Source: Mantamonas sphyraenae STR306 (taxonomy: Eukaryota; Protista; CRuMs). From it: a stretch of DNA of 64,000 nt. Below the pieces are notes generated by a model that was not told the DNA's origin, searched no databases, and saw only the letters and a list, made by a program, of their open reading frames with translations. Both the position numbers and the translations under genes were made by a program. Location of the stretch: the NCBI GenBank assembly GCA_026936335.1, contig JAPMXV010000055.1:1-64000 (forward strand), in the 5' to 3' direction. How positions within the stretch are numbered: position 1 is the first letter of the stretch; the number at the start of each line of letters is the position of its first letter. Shown here one piece after another: positions 34,792 through 47,100 of this stretch.

Positions 34792-36930
34792 TCACACACT
34801 CACGTTTGCCAACTCTCGCGTGGCCAACTCCTTGCAAATGCGTGCTGCTTTGACGTACGAAAGGAATCCCTGCTCGGCAGCCATCTGAGAGCATGTGGAA
34901 AACGCTTCCAGCGCGCCATCCACGTTGCCCTGCTGCTGCAGCACATGCGCACGGATCAGAGTCATGGGCACCATGTGCGATGCCACCTCTTCATGCATCA
35001 GATCTATACCTGAGACCACGCTCATGCCCAAGTCAGCCATCATGCTCTCCGTCGACGCCGTCAACGTGGCCACCACCGTTTCGGCTGCATCCAGCGCGCT
35101 CAGAGCCTTGTCACAATCGCCTGCAAGCAGATGCAACAGGGCGTTTTCCTGATAGGCCGTCAGTTGCGGCCCCACCGCGCCCAGTTCCTTGGCAGCCGTC
35201 ACCTGGTCTTCACTGTGCGACAGGGCTGTGTCCAGATCGCCACGCAGACGTGCACACGTGCTCATCCCACTCATGGCACGGATGCGGCATTCGCGACGCG
35301 TCAGAACGTGGTCTTCGTCGTCTTCCGGGATGGTGCTCGCGTGTGCGTGCACGTCGAGTCCCAGTTTCTCCACGGCCTCTGTGGCCACAGTGAGCAGTTT
35401 CTCAAAGTACGCGTTGGCCTCCTCCTGCTCATCCAGCGCCAGTGCGCTCTCGCCCAGAGTTTGCAGCGCTACGCAAGCGCCCCGCGACGAGTTGAACTCC
35501 TCGGCAACCGCAAGCTGAAGTTCGCTGAACCGCTTGCTCACGCGCGCCAGTTTCAGTTCGCTGAACATGCTTGCAATCAGACCCAGAATGCCGATTTTGT
35601 TCAGCGTCATTGCGTCCAGCGAATCCAGCATCTTCCAGCAGCCCATGAAGCAATGGATGGCGTTCGGATAGTCCTGGCGCCCGCGCAGCGTCAATCCTGT
35701 GTTGTAGTACTCCACAAACAGCGGATCGGTGATTGCCTTTGGGTTTGCCTTTGCTTCCGCATCTGCATCTCGCCCTTGGTCTGTGTTCAGCCCGCCCGAC
35801 GCAGCCTGTTCCTCCAGCGTCTGTGCCCCCGACGACGACGACGACGACATGCCCGACGACGACGATGACGACATGCCCGACGACGACGACGACGACATCA
35901 ACACCGTGCCTTCCTCCTGCTCCTTGGTCTGCTCCGTCTCGTTTGTCGACTGTTCACCGCCCGCGCTCTTTGCAAGGGGAAGACCCACTTCAACCTGCGC
36001 AATGTTTTCTGGCAGTTCGCTCAGCACGCTGCTCACCTCAAAGAACGACGTCAGCGCCATCTGCATGGTATGTGTGTGTGTGTGTGTGTGTGTGCGTCGC
36101 AAACCACGTTTTGTAAGCGCCCGGGCCGTGGCTCCCACACAACCATCTCGCGCTGATGCCAAGCAAGGGCACTGCGGTAGTGGGCCCTTGCCACAAAGCC
36201 ACGCATGCGCAGCCACTGGCACGTGCCTGTGTGTTGTGCCAAGCTGTGCGTCGCTCCGCCCGACTTTGCATTTTCCTGGCCTTCTGGGAAACACGTGCGC
36301 TCGCACACGCTGACCCTGCCTACTTACCTGGTCATCAAACTCGTAATACGTCATAAACGCCAGCGCCGTGTTCTCGTCCACACCCGAAAACGCCATAAAA
36401 TTGGAGATCTGCTCCTGCTGCTGCGGCGAAAGCTCGTCCCCGCTTTCGTCTCCGCCGAATTGCTGAGCGTGCAAAAAGTCGGCCAGGTTGAACTGCAAGT
36501 CCGCGTCGTCCAGCGCGCTGTCGTCCATGCCAAACTCCCCAAAACTGTCGTCGCCAAAGTCCTGGTAGTCGTCGTCTTCCCCGTACGGCGTAGCCATCAC
36601 CAACTGGCCAGACGCGAGCAGTTGCTGCAAAAGAGCTTCGTTCAGCTCGTCCGTCGCAAACGGCTCGTCGTCGCCGTCGTGTGGCTGGTGTCCGTTTTCT
36701 CCGCAGTCGCAATAGAACTTGGACGGCTCAGGCGGTCCCACTTCGTGCCCGGCATGGCATGTCAGCGCACAGTGCTCGCACACACTCTGTTGGCCAAAGA
36801 AGCCGCACGTAAAGCACGGGAAGCCCAGTTGCATCAGGAACTGCTGCCCATGCACCTCGTACGAGCAAGCCCCACTCGTTTCCACCAATGCTTCATCTGA
36901 CGATGTGAATTCGGCAGAAGAGTTGGACAT
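34792..36930 (-). CDS. Protein with a UBR-type zinc finger, a UBA-like domain and TPR-like repeats; intron 36061-36327
   Basis: CFTC...[15 protein letters not shown]...FYCDCG. After splicing, [27 protein letters not shown]|MALTSFF is UBA-like. Helical TPR-like C-terminal half. Confidence 0.75.
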   Translation of the reverse strand: MSNSSAEFTSSDEALVETSGACSYEVHGQQFLMQLGFPCFTCGFFGQQSVCEHCALTCHAGHEVGPPEPSKFYCDCGENGHQPHDGDDEPFATDELNEALLQQLLASGQLVMATPYGEDDDYQDFGDDSFGEFGMDDSALDDADLQFNLADFLHAQQFGGDESGDELSPQQQEQISNFMAFSGVDENTALAFMTYYEFDDQVSRQGQRVRAHVFPRRPGKCKVGRSDAQLGTTHRHVPVAAHAWLCGKGPLPQCPCLASARDGCVGATARALTKRGLRRTHTHTHTHTMQMALTSFFEVSSVLSELPENIAQVEVGLPLAKSAGGEQSTNETEQTKEQEEGTVLMSSSSSSGMSSSSSSGMSSSSSSGAQTLEEQAASGGLNTDQGRDADAEAKANPKAITDPLFVEYYNTGLTLRGRQDYPNAIHCFMGCWKMLDSLDAMTLNKIGILGLIASMFSELKLARVSKRFSELQLAVAEEFNSSRGACVALQTLGESALALDEQEEANAYFEKLLTVATEAVEKLGLDVHAHASTIPEDDEDHVLTRRECRIRAMSGMSTCARLRGDLDTALSHSEDQVTAAKELGAVGPQLTAYQENALLHLLAGDCDKALSALDAAETVVATLTASTESMMADLGMSVVSGIDLMHEEVASHMVPMTLIRAHVLQQQGNVDGALEAFSTCSQMAAEQGFLSYVKAARICKELATRELANVSV
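35829..35898. repeat. Three copies of a 24-nt coding tandem repeat (MSSSSSSG)
   Basis: cc(gac)6at unit repeated three times. Confidence 0.85.
36070..36094. repeat. (TG)n microsatellite at an intron 3' end
   Basis: Direct observation. Confidence 0.9.
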
Positions 36931-36953
36931 CGTGCGGTTTCGATTTTCATGGT

Positions 36954-38303
36954 TCAAACGTCGCCCATCGCCTTGACGAATCCCACAAACCGGTTCCAGT
37001 TCGAGCTCTGCAGCAGCTTGGGGCCAAGACGCAGGTACGTAAACTCCGCAATCGCTCCGAACTCGTTCGCCGTCTTCAGAATCTGGTTGTACGCGGTCTG
37101 GTCGAATCTCGGCAGAGCATTCTCGCCAGAGAACGCCACGCCGGCGTTGTGTGCTGCCTGCTCCGACTGATAAACCAGCTCCTGTGGGCCACAGGCGCAC
37201 GATGCAGGCTGTTCGTTGTCCTGCATCTCCAAACACGTGAAATCAAACTCGGCGCCAATTTCCTTCAGCGTGGCCGCAATGGCGGCGTACGCGTTGTTGC
37301 CGTTCGTATTGTAGTAACCAGCGGTGGCTTCGGCCGCGTGACTGCGTGTCTTGTACCACCAATGGATGCCGGCAATCTTGACTGCAAACAGCGGCGACAA
37401 ATTGGCGTCCGCATACACCTTGCGCAGAGCAAGCACCACGTCGCTGGCGTGCTGAAGCAGCGCAGAAGAGTACCACTTGAGAAAGAAGCGCCCATAGCTG
37501 CTTGCGTAGTTGTTGGCCGTGCCTTCCTGGAAGAACGGCACCTGTGACGGCGACGCGTTGTACGTCGACGGCGTGCTTGGTGGGTTTGCAAACGCGTCGT
37601 TCCCTGCGCTTGCGTTCTTCAGCATCGCCCGCATGTACTTGTCGTAGCACTGGAACTCACCCACGCCACAGAACGACCAATGAGCGCTTTGGTACGAAGG
37701 ATAGCGCAGCTCGCCCGCAGGTCCCAGCGAAATCTCCAGTCGCTCCACTGTGCCGTCCTGGAGCAGGCTCGCAAACGCCTGCGCCATACTCTGCGCAAAG
37801 CTCCTGTACAGGTCCACTGCCGTTTGGCCGTGAAAAACCGGCTGGTGATCCACGCCAAGTCCCACGTACTCCCTGTCGCGGTTCCCGTTTGCGTCCGTGT
37901 ACCAAATGTCCGGGTTGGCTTCTCCCACATCCAGTACAAACTGCGGGAGCGTGATGTTGCACGCATCCCCCACGTTCCCGCCGCATTGATGGAAACTCAA
38001 CACAAAATCCACGTGCAGACCCACCGATCGGCACATGTTGGCAAATTGCACGTAAGCGTCAAAGTCATACGACGAGATTCCGTCGCGCTGCACGATCCCC
38101 CACCACATGTCCGTCATCACCGACCGCACGCCGCCATTCTTGAGCTGTTGAAGCTGACCCTCCAGCGCCTCCGGGTTGTTCAGCCTCCCGTCGTTGCTCA
38201 CAAGATTCAGCGGCATCATGACTGCCACAGGAACACCTGCTGATACACATGTGCAAAGCACCAACACACTTGCCAGACCCAACAGGAAGACTCCTCTTTG
38301 CAT
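36954..38303 (-). CDS. Secreted beta-amylase (GH14), intronless
   Basis: Signal peptide, DMWWGIV, SFHQCGGNVGD, catalytic motifs GPAGELRYPSY and GENAL, KIAGIHWWY. Confidence 0.95.
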   Translation of the reverse strand: MQRGVFLLGLASVLVLCTCVSAGVPVAVMMPLNLVSNDGRLNNPEALEGQLQQLKNGGVRSVMTDMWWGIVQRDGISSYDFDAYVQFANMCRSVGLHVDFVLSFHQCGGNVGDACNITLPQFVLDVGEANPDIWYTDANGNRDREYVGLGVDHQPVFHGQTAVDLYRSFAQSMAQAFASLLQDGTVERLEISLGPAGELRYPSYQSAHWSFCGVGEFQCYDKYMRAMLKNASAGNDAFANPPSTPSTYNASPSQVPFFQEGTANNYASSYGRFFLKWYSSALLQHASDVVLALRKVYADANLSPLFAVKIAGIHWWYKTRSHAAEATAGYYNTNGNNAYAAIAATLKEIGAEFDFTCLEMQDNEQPASCACGPQELVYQSEQAAHNAGVAFSGENALPRFDQTAYNQILKTANEFGAIAEFTYLRLGPKLLQSSNWNRFVGFVKAMGDV

Positions 38304-38380
38304 GGCAATTGTGCTTTTTCTGTTGTTGGCCCTGGGCGCGGCTTTCGCAAACGCAATCCCCGAAACCTCCCAAACCCAGC

Positions 38381-40643
38381 ATGGTGCGTGCCACAGCCCT
38401 CCTTCCCTTTCCACTTGCTCTTTACCCCTCGTCCAACCCACATTCCACTCACTGTGTCGCCGCACTCCGCCGCTGTCTCCCCAGGACGACCCTCTGCACC
38501 AGCACATGGCCGAACAGCTCCTGTTGATGGGCTTCGACTCGGATGCAGTCCGTGCGGGCCTGCAGGCCACCAAGTACGCCTCGGTTGAAGCCGCCATCGA
38601 GTGGATCAGCAACCACGGCACGGGAACAGGTTATTCCGCCTCCACCTCGGTCTCCAACAACCAGTCCTACGATTTCGAGCGCGCTTCCGTCGCCGAACAG
38701 AACCGCCAGCGCGAACAAAAGGCTGCCCAGCGCACTCTCACCATGGAGGAGCGTGCTGCAGAGTGGAAGCGAAAGTACGAGCAAAGCTCTTCCTCTCTTG
38801 GCTCCTCGTCGTCCTCCACAAACACATCGTCCACCTCGCCCAGCACCAAACTCAACCCGCTGAAAAAGGCTCGCAACAGCTACGATGACAACGATGAGGG
38901 CGGCGACGACACAGACCTTGCCGACGACTACTCCGGCTCCCTCAACGACGGCTACTCCGACACGCTCAGCGACGACTATCTGGACGAGGAAGACTCCGAT
39001 GTGTATATCCCAGACGTACGTGTGTGTGCTTGGCATCTGCCTGTCCCCGTGTCTGCCCACCCCATGCCATTGTGTCCGCGCTGCCAAGAAGAGACCCGTC
39101 TCTGAATTCTCACGTGTTTGCGTCACGCCCTTTTTGCCTTTCTCCCCCCCCTGCGACTCCACAGGAAGACGACACAGAACAGGAAGAACTGCACGAGGTA
39201 CTTGTAGCAGACACTGTCCGTACTGCACGCTTGGGTAAGCGCGTGCAGGATGCACGTGTCATGGAAAAGGACGAACTGCGCCAAGAGTTGGCCGACCACG
39301 TCACCTCGGTCGCCACATTGCTTGAAGTCAACATCAGCACTGCCTCGCAGCTTCTCCACCACTTCAAGTGGGAGAAGGACAAGCTCATGGAAACCTTTTT
39401 TGACAAACCGCGCGACATCAAGTCCATTGTCGCCGCAAACAACTCGCGCTCAAAGCCCATCCGCCTCAAGCAGGACACAGAGTACGTGCTACGCCGCCCG
39501 CCAGCCACAACGTTTCCCCTGCTGTTTGTCTAACCCAATCTCTGCCCTTGCTGCACGCCTCTCTTTGCGTTCTCGTTGCACCACAGGTACGAGTGCGACG
39601 TGTGTGCCGACGACGAACTCACAGCCGACGAGGTCGCGTGCCTCTCTTGCGGCCATATCTTTTGCAAGGACTGCTGGAAGGCCAACATGGAGACCCTCAT
39701 CATGGACGGCCGTGCTGCAGACTTGCACTGCATGGAGAAGCGTTGCTTTTGCGCCGTCGACGAAGAGTTTGTCCGCGACATCGTTGACACACGCATGTTT
39801 GCCAAGTACACAAAGTTCCTCATGGATGCCATTGTAACATCCAATCCCTATGCGCGCTGGTGTCCCTCTGCAAACTGCGACCGTGCCATCCTTGTCGACT
39901 CGCGCCAGCAAACCGAGGTCGTGTGCGACTGCGGCCTCAAGTTTTGCTTCCAATGCGACAGTGAGACTCATGACCCGTGCACCTGCAAGGAACTGCGCAA
40001 ATGGAAGGTCCAGATGTCCGAGGATGCCCAAAACATGCGCTGGCTTCAGAGCAACACCAAGGATTGTCCGCGCTGCAACTCCAGCATCGAAAAGAACGGC
40101 GGCTGCAACCACATGACCTGCCGCAAGTGTGGTCATGAGTTCTGTTGGCTCTGTTTCGGCGACTGGAAGAAGCACAACTCCTGCAACAAGTATGAGGGCG
40201 AGCAAAACAGCTCGCGCGAAAACATCGCAAAGTATCTCCACTACTACACACGATACCAGCAGCACGAGCAATCGAAAAAGTTTGAGAACGAGCTCCGCTC
40301 TCGTGCCCTCTCCTCTATGTACGAGCTCTACGAGGAGGTTGGCTCCTGGGTCGATGTCGAGTACATCCAGGTTGCAACGGACGCCCTCATCGACTGCCGC
40401 CGCACCCTCAAGTACACCTACGTCACTGCCTTCTACCTCAAGGAAGGCGGTGCCGAGAAGGCCCTCTTTGAGTACCAGCAGGCTGCGCTCGAACGCAGTA
40501 CCGAGGGTTTGTCTCATGTCCTTGAAAACACTCACCTCACCGTCGACAACAAGAAGCATGTCCTCGACCTCGCCGAGATGGCTCTCAAGCAGCTCGACCA
40601 CCTCCTCGAGGCCTGCAAGACGGGCATCCTCAGCAACGCGTGA
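38381..40643 (+). CDS. ARIH: Ariadne-family RBR E3 ligase with an extra N-terminal UBA domain; introns 38384-38484, 39016-39164, 39482-39586
   Basis: RING1 CGHIFCKDCW, IBR WCPSANC, RING2 IEKNGGCNHMTC, Ariadne domain CRRTLKYTYVTAFY. Confidence 0.92.
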
Positions 40644-40847
40644 TGGCGGAAGGGCCAAAAAAGCAAATGCACTGCGCATCTCCCTGCCCACAACACAAGT
40701 CCACCCTTCTCTCCTCCAAATCGAATCCACACACAGTCGCTACGCCTCCTCACATATCTAATCGTCCCATCATCTCACGCTTTCGCACCACGGCATCCTC
40801 CCTGGCCAGTGCGGCGTCCTGCATGCCCGCTCTTCCGCCGTCCCTGC

Positions 40848-41128
40848 TCACCCCTGGCGCTGCTTGTGCCTCGGGTTCTTCACGCAGATCACCCGCAGAG
40901 TCTTTTGTCGCTTCACCACCTTGCATGCCTCGCAGATCGGCTTGATCGCTGCTCGCACCTTCCTGTAGGTCGCCCAGTGCGAAAAGCGCGAAATCAACCC
41001 GACCCGTTTCGTGTGTCAGTCCCACCCTAGGTCCGTCTGCCCCTTTTGCCATCACACTCGATCTGCTCCCTTTTCCTCCCCAACCCCTCTCTCTGCCAAC
41101 TGTCTCCCACTTCAACGTTCACTCACAT
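40848..41128 (-). CDS. MRPL36: Ribosomal protein bL36 (presumably mitochondrial), 38 aa; start codon split AT|G by intron 40963-41126; absent from the ORF track
   Basis: Spliced product [38 protein letters not shown]. Donor gtgagt, branch ctgac, acceptor ctacag. Confidence 0.9.
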
Positions 41129-41188
41129 TTGGATGAGATTGCACTGGACAACCGCGCGCCTCGACGCAAAGCTCCGGCCGAATCCACC

Positions 41189-44100
41189 ATGTCCAGCACT
41201 CCCGCGGGCGGCTCCGAGATCCTTGCGTCCCAGTTTGTAGCCTTTGGGTTTGCTTCTCTCGGCTTGGGCCTCCTCATTATCTTCTATCTCTTCTTCTCTG
41301 CCCGCCTCTTTGCCCTCGTGGTCACCTCCCTGGCCAACTGGCTTCTGCCTCGTGACACCTATTTGAAAATATGTACGTCATGCCAAATGGACCCACACCT
41401 CTCCACCCTCCCTACTGCCCACCTGCTCACACTCTGCCCTTCCTCCAGCATCCATCAACGTCGCCCTCCTCGGCGGACGCCTCCTCATTCGCGGCCTCAG
41501 TTACACAACCAAAGATCGCTCCATACGCGCCGTGGACGTCGTCGTCACCTTTCGCTGGTGGCGCCGTCACTGCAGGGGTGCAGGCAAGGTGGCCAACGAA
41601 GGTCCGTTCTCCATCTGCATCCCTCCTTCCCATTGCCTGGCGCTGCTCTGCCACTTTCGCCGCGCGCTCACATTCCCACTCGCCCGTCCCCATCCCCACA
41701 CAGCCGCCCAGCCTCCCTGCCGCCTCGAGATTGAACTCATGGGCTTCGAGTACCTCGTATACAACAACTCTCTGCAGTACGACCACCTGCAAGACATCCT
41801 TGACAACCGCGAAGCCGGCGTGTCTCTCATTCCAGGTACGTCACCTGCCCCCTGCCGCTTCCACGCCTCCACACCCCTCTCGCCTCCACGTTGCTCACCA
41901 TGTGCCCTTCCCCCCCCACACACACAGACATGCTCAATCCAAATGCAGGCCTCGACAACGTGCCCGACAACCACGACGACGAAGGCCTCCCCATGTTCTA
42001 CCGCCTCGTGCCCACCACAAAGTTTGTCATTCGCCAGGGCTGCTTCATGATCGGCAACCCCAAACTCCAGTACATTGCCTCCATCGCCTTTGACAGATGC
42101 GAGGGCCTCCACACACACATGGACGCCGCCTGGAAGTCTGATCTCTACCGTGTCACAACCTCCGCCAGCTTCTTCCGACCTCGTGTCGACGTCATCGAAA
42201 ACTCTGAATACGAGGAACAGCGTGACACACACACACGCACACAGAACGAAGCCGAAGAGTATGTGTACTGCCCGCGAATGCCCCGTCTCCCCATGATCCT
42301 CCCCCGCTCACAACACACCCGCGCCCCTCGTCACCTCTCAGCTTCTTTACAAACGCCCTCGATGACTTCAAGTCCTTTTTCAAGGACATGCGCTTCGCCT
42401 TTGGCGGTCCAGATGACTCGCCTGCACCAGCCAAACCCAAATCGGCGCAGCAACGCCAACGCGCCTTCACCGCCTCGGCAAAGTCCCAATGGGCTGGCCT
42501 TCCAAGGTTCGCCTACTTCAAATCCATGGTCCGCAACTATGAGTATGCCATGGAAGAGGCCCTTCTTTCTGCGGACATCCTCTCCCTCGAGTACGTCTTT
42601 GACCAGCCGGGCGTCAGCCGATCAACCGAGAATGTCCTCAACTACCAGCTCACTGCCCCGCAGCAGTCTCTAAGCGTCACCAGCAACAACACCACTCTCA
42701 AGTACGGCCCTTGGACTGACCGCCAGCGTGCCTTTTTCATGGAATACTTCTATGCACCCGATTACGCCGTTCAGCCCAAGTACGAACCCAAGAAGGGCCT
42801 CCGCCGCGAGTATGTCAACCTCGACGTCCACCTACGCTTCCAGGGCCACACACACATCAACGTTCCCTTTCGCGAGTTTTCCAAGGACGACAAGTACGAG
42901 AGTCTCGATGAGTGCACTGCACAGAGCATCGACATCACCACTGACGAAGACACCACCGTCGAGTGGGACTACCCTTGGGTCTGCCTCTCCGAAGCAGGCA
43001 CAGCCTCTCTTGTCAACCTCACCTTTCGCGAGTGCGACCTCAGCACAAGCCTCACCGACACCAGCCTCCTGCGCGCGCGGGAGTGGCGCTTCCGCCTCTT
43101 TATGCAGTATCCGCGCCAGTGGAACGACCAGACGGACTGGGAGATCCAAACTCAGCTCTACTCCCCGCAGATCTTCCTCTTGTACAACCACATCACCCTC
43201 CTCAAAGACCTCGTCGCCGATTTCACCTTTGGCGACCCCCCCGACCTTCGCCACTTTATTCCCTGTACATACACCTACAACGTCTCCCTCTACGACTACG
43301 AACTCTTCTGCAATGTCAACGAGCAGAACATCATCTTTGATCCAAACACAGACCTCGACCTCAACGCCCACATGTGTTTCCGCGGCCCGGAGATGAGTGT
43401 CCGCCTCTTCACTCCCTACCTCAAATTCCAGGCGCCCAACTCCGAGGTCAAGTACGAGTTCTACATGCAGGACCTGGGCGTGCGTCTCCACCTGCCAAAG
43501 GGCAACTCCATCCGCGACCACTTTCCAGACCTCCACCAGCGCGACTTTGTTTCGGTCGGCATTTTGAAGCTGTCCGGCTCCTACGTCTTTCACTACAAGT
43601 ACAACGAGACCTACCTCGACTCTATGCTCCTCTTTATGGACATGGAGCGTGTCGATGTCACCCTCCACGGCTTCTACGTCCGCTACCTCATGTTTCTCAA
43701 AGACAACTTCTTCGGCTACTGCCGCGACTCGGCGCAGCTCCACGAACGTGTCGCCCAGCTGCGTCAGCAGCAAATCCAGCAACAGCGCACCATCCTACAG
43801 CAAAACCAGCGCTATCAGGCCCAGTTCCAACAGAGTGCAGGCATCAACACACGAGGACGTGCACAGTCCGTACACATTCCCGGCGCCGCAGGTCCAGGTC
43901 CAAGTGCTGGCGCAGGCGCAGGTGTGGGTGCACCTACAAACAGCATCATGGCAGGCGTTGCCGACCTCGCCGAAGATCCACTCACTCAGGACAGCACCTA
44001 CGAGGAAGAACGCACCCCAGAGAACCGCTTTGAGCTTTACGTCTACCTCAACATCCACGACACAACCGTGCACTTCCCTCCCCTCATGTACAGCGACCGT

Positions 44101-47100
44101 GACCCGGCCACCATGTCCTGTGCCGATATCCTTCTCGAGACACGCACCATCAGCGAGTACCAGGATCTGTTTGTCAACGTGTCCCCCCTCCAGCTCAAGA
44201 TTCCCGTCCCGGACGACCTGCGCACAAGTCCCTTTCTGCGCACCTTTGACATCACCAACCGCAGCTTCGTCAATATCGACGGCCTCACCTTCAAGAGCTA
44301 CTCCCTGTATGGCCCCCCGCCTGAGGAGACCACCTACCACACCATCACGCGCATTGCCGTCGGCCAAGTCACTGCGCAGGTGTTGCCCATCCAGCTCATT
44401 CGCATGGGCGACTGGAGTTCTTCCTTTCAGTTCCATCTCGCAAACCGTGAAAACGCCCTTGCCACAGAATTCTCGGCCCAGATCGATCCGGTCATCAGTA
44501 GACTCTTTCTCAACACAGAACGCATCCACGTGGGAATGTGGGGCAACAACTCCGTCAGCGAGATCCATCTTTCCGACGGCATCGTCATGGAGACTGACTC
44601 CTGGATCAGCCGCCTCTACCACACCAAGCTCGTCGTCGCCATTCCCGAGCTTCTTCTCAAGCACATGAGCCCCAACATTATCATCACATCGAAGCCGCAG
44701 CACAACGCCGCCGCCGCCGCCGCTGCACGTCGCAAAAGTCACCACCGGCGCAGTCGCTCGTACACCGGCAACACGTCGCAGCCTGCAATCATTATGGAGG
44801 AGGACGAGACAGACGTGGGTGTGGAAGCCACCACCACCACCGCCTCCTCCTCCTCGTCATCCGCCACGTCCTCCTCTGCCTCTGCATCATCCTCCTCCTC
44901 CGCTGCCGACAGCAAGGTTGGTGCGGGCGTGGGCTCACCTGCAGCTGGATCTACGTCTGGATCTTCCATTGCCCAGGGGGGTGCCAACAAGGTCAACGGC
45001 ACAGACGGACATGGTACAAGCAACGCTGCCACCGGCTCAGGTGCCGCTTCCAAGTCCGCTCCCAAGGACATCCACTTCGACTCGGGCAAGTGGTACGAAG
45101 TGGGCACCGCCACACTCTCGTTCAACGTCTCTGTATACACCAAAAAGGCCAACTGGGAGATGGACGCGTGGCGCCAGCTTGAGTTTCTGCGTAAGGAGGA
45201 CGGTGGACGAGGGCGTCCAACGCGCCGCATGCCCGATCTGTGGGAGGACATGCCTCCCCTGTACGATCCACTCGAAGACTCCTACCTCATGGACCTGTTT
45301 GACTCGGACTACGACCCGGCAGACGAGACCATGGCCGGCGATGAAACGATCACCGAGAGCGAACTCAGTGCTCTCAACTCGTCCGCATGGACAGCAGACA
45401 GCGTGTCCACGTCCTTGCCTGCCACAGGACCTGCTGCAGACTCACAACCGGAGCGCGATCTGTACGGCACCGACCCTGCCGTCTCGACATCCGCCAACGG
45501 TCCCATTATGCACCACGACCACCGCGACCCATACGCGCCACCCAACAACCACCAGATCAACCTGGCTGGGGAGGACAGCGACGGCAGCACAAGCTCCGAC
45601 GATTCCTTCCACGAGTTTGGCCGCCGCCGTCGTCGCCCCTCTGTGACACGCAAGGACAGTGTACTGGGTGGCACTGGACCCGGTGTGGGTTCGCTCAGTC
45701 GTTCCACCCTTCGAGCACACAATGACGACGGTACACAGCAGTCTCCCGCACACAGAGTCGCCGACGTGGGCGACGACGACGACAACCAGTCCACAGGCTC
45801 GTCCACATCCACATTCTACAGCGCAGCAAGCGACTTTGAGATCAGTGGTGAATGGCTGGCCCAGGACGACGGCAATGTCCAAGAAGAGACAAGCACCGAG
45901 GACGACGGCGACGAGCAATGGGTGCTGGCGCCGTCCGGATATTCCGAGGACGCGCGCAGCAACAGCTTGAGCAGCAGCAGCGAGTACATGACCCCACGTG
46001 GTAGCATCAGCTCGGACGCAGACGTGTTCTTCGACGCAGACTCGGACTTGGGCAAGCTGGGCATGGACAGCAGGCAGCAGTCGTCACAGCAACAACCATA
46101 CACATATGGCAAGCAAAGAAGCAATTCGCGCACAGGATCACTGTTGGGGCCTGCCCAAGGCGCAGCCAAGCTCGGCGAGCGCAGACCCAGCACGCGCAAC
46201 ATGATGCGCAGGCAATCTGTGCACGGAGCCGCCACTCTTCAGAAGCAGGGTTCGCGTCACAACCTTGGCAGCATGAGCGGAGGCGCGCCCGCAAAGCTCA
46301 AGCGCATCCCGAGCAACTTTGACGTCCTAAATCCGACGGCCGACCAACCCATCAGCGTAGCTCGTCCAACAACAGAGGACGAGGACTCTGAAGCGATGTA
46401 TGACGAGATGAACATGGTTTCGGGCGACTCCGAGTCCTTTGACTCAAACTCGCCCCTCATCCATGCCTATCGTCACCTGCTGCAGCGGTACAGCTTCCGC
46501 GGCCACGACGAGCGGCCCGACCAGCCGTTCCAGGTGCACGGCAAGAAACCACACGACCAGTTGGCATCTGTGCTCACCATCCCTTCATCATCCAGCTGGA
46601 CCGACTCGCAGACAGGACAGCTGCCAACCCGTGGAGGACCGTATGGAACCCGCTCGTCGCGCCACAGCCTGCACAGTCCGCACGCAGGCCTCGGGCCGCA
46701 TTTCCAGTCACCGAACGGCACTCCGGGCATGTTTGCAGAGCCATACGCAGCCACACACATCGACATGGATGAATACATGGCGCGAGGCTTCGGCTCGTCT
46801 GGAAACCGCGAAGCCGATGCGTCGACCGCCCTGTCCTCCGCCAAGGAAGGAGGTGTGACCACCGTGTATGTTCTGAGCTTCAACCGAGCTGTCGACTTGT
46901 TGGTGACGCCAGAGTTGCTTCCTGGTATGGCCGAGGTCCTTGAGCAGTTCATCCCGGCCGACCTCGACGTCGATGCGGTTCTGGACAAGCTGCACCTACA
47001 GAGCGAGGCAGACCACTTGGCTGAAGTGTACAAGAAGCAGAACAACAGCACACAGTTTGTTCTCTCCGTACCTGCTGTCAACATCACCATGCTCCAGGCC

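Noticed and set aside
8880-40643. Functional ubiquitin/NEDD8 gene cluster (NBR1, 2x UBA3, UBR-UBA, Ariadne)
   Set aside because: The genes are interspersed with unrelated housekeeping genes and the class is abundant; chance is sufficient
40750-41115. 121-aa ORF on the - strand
   Set aside because: Wrong frame; the conserved product is the spliced bL36
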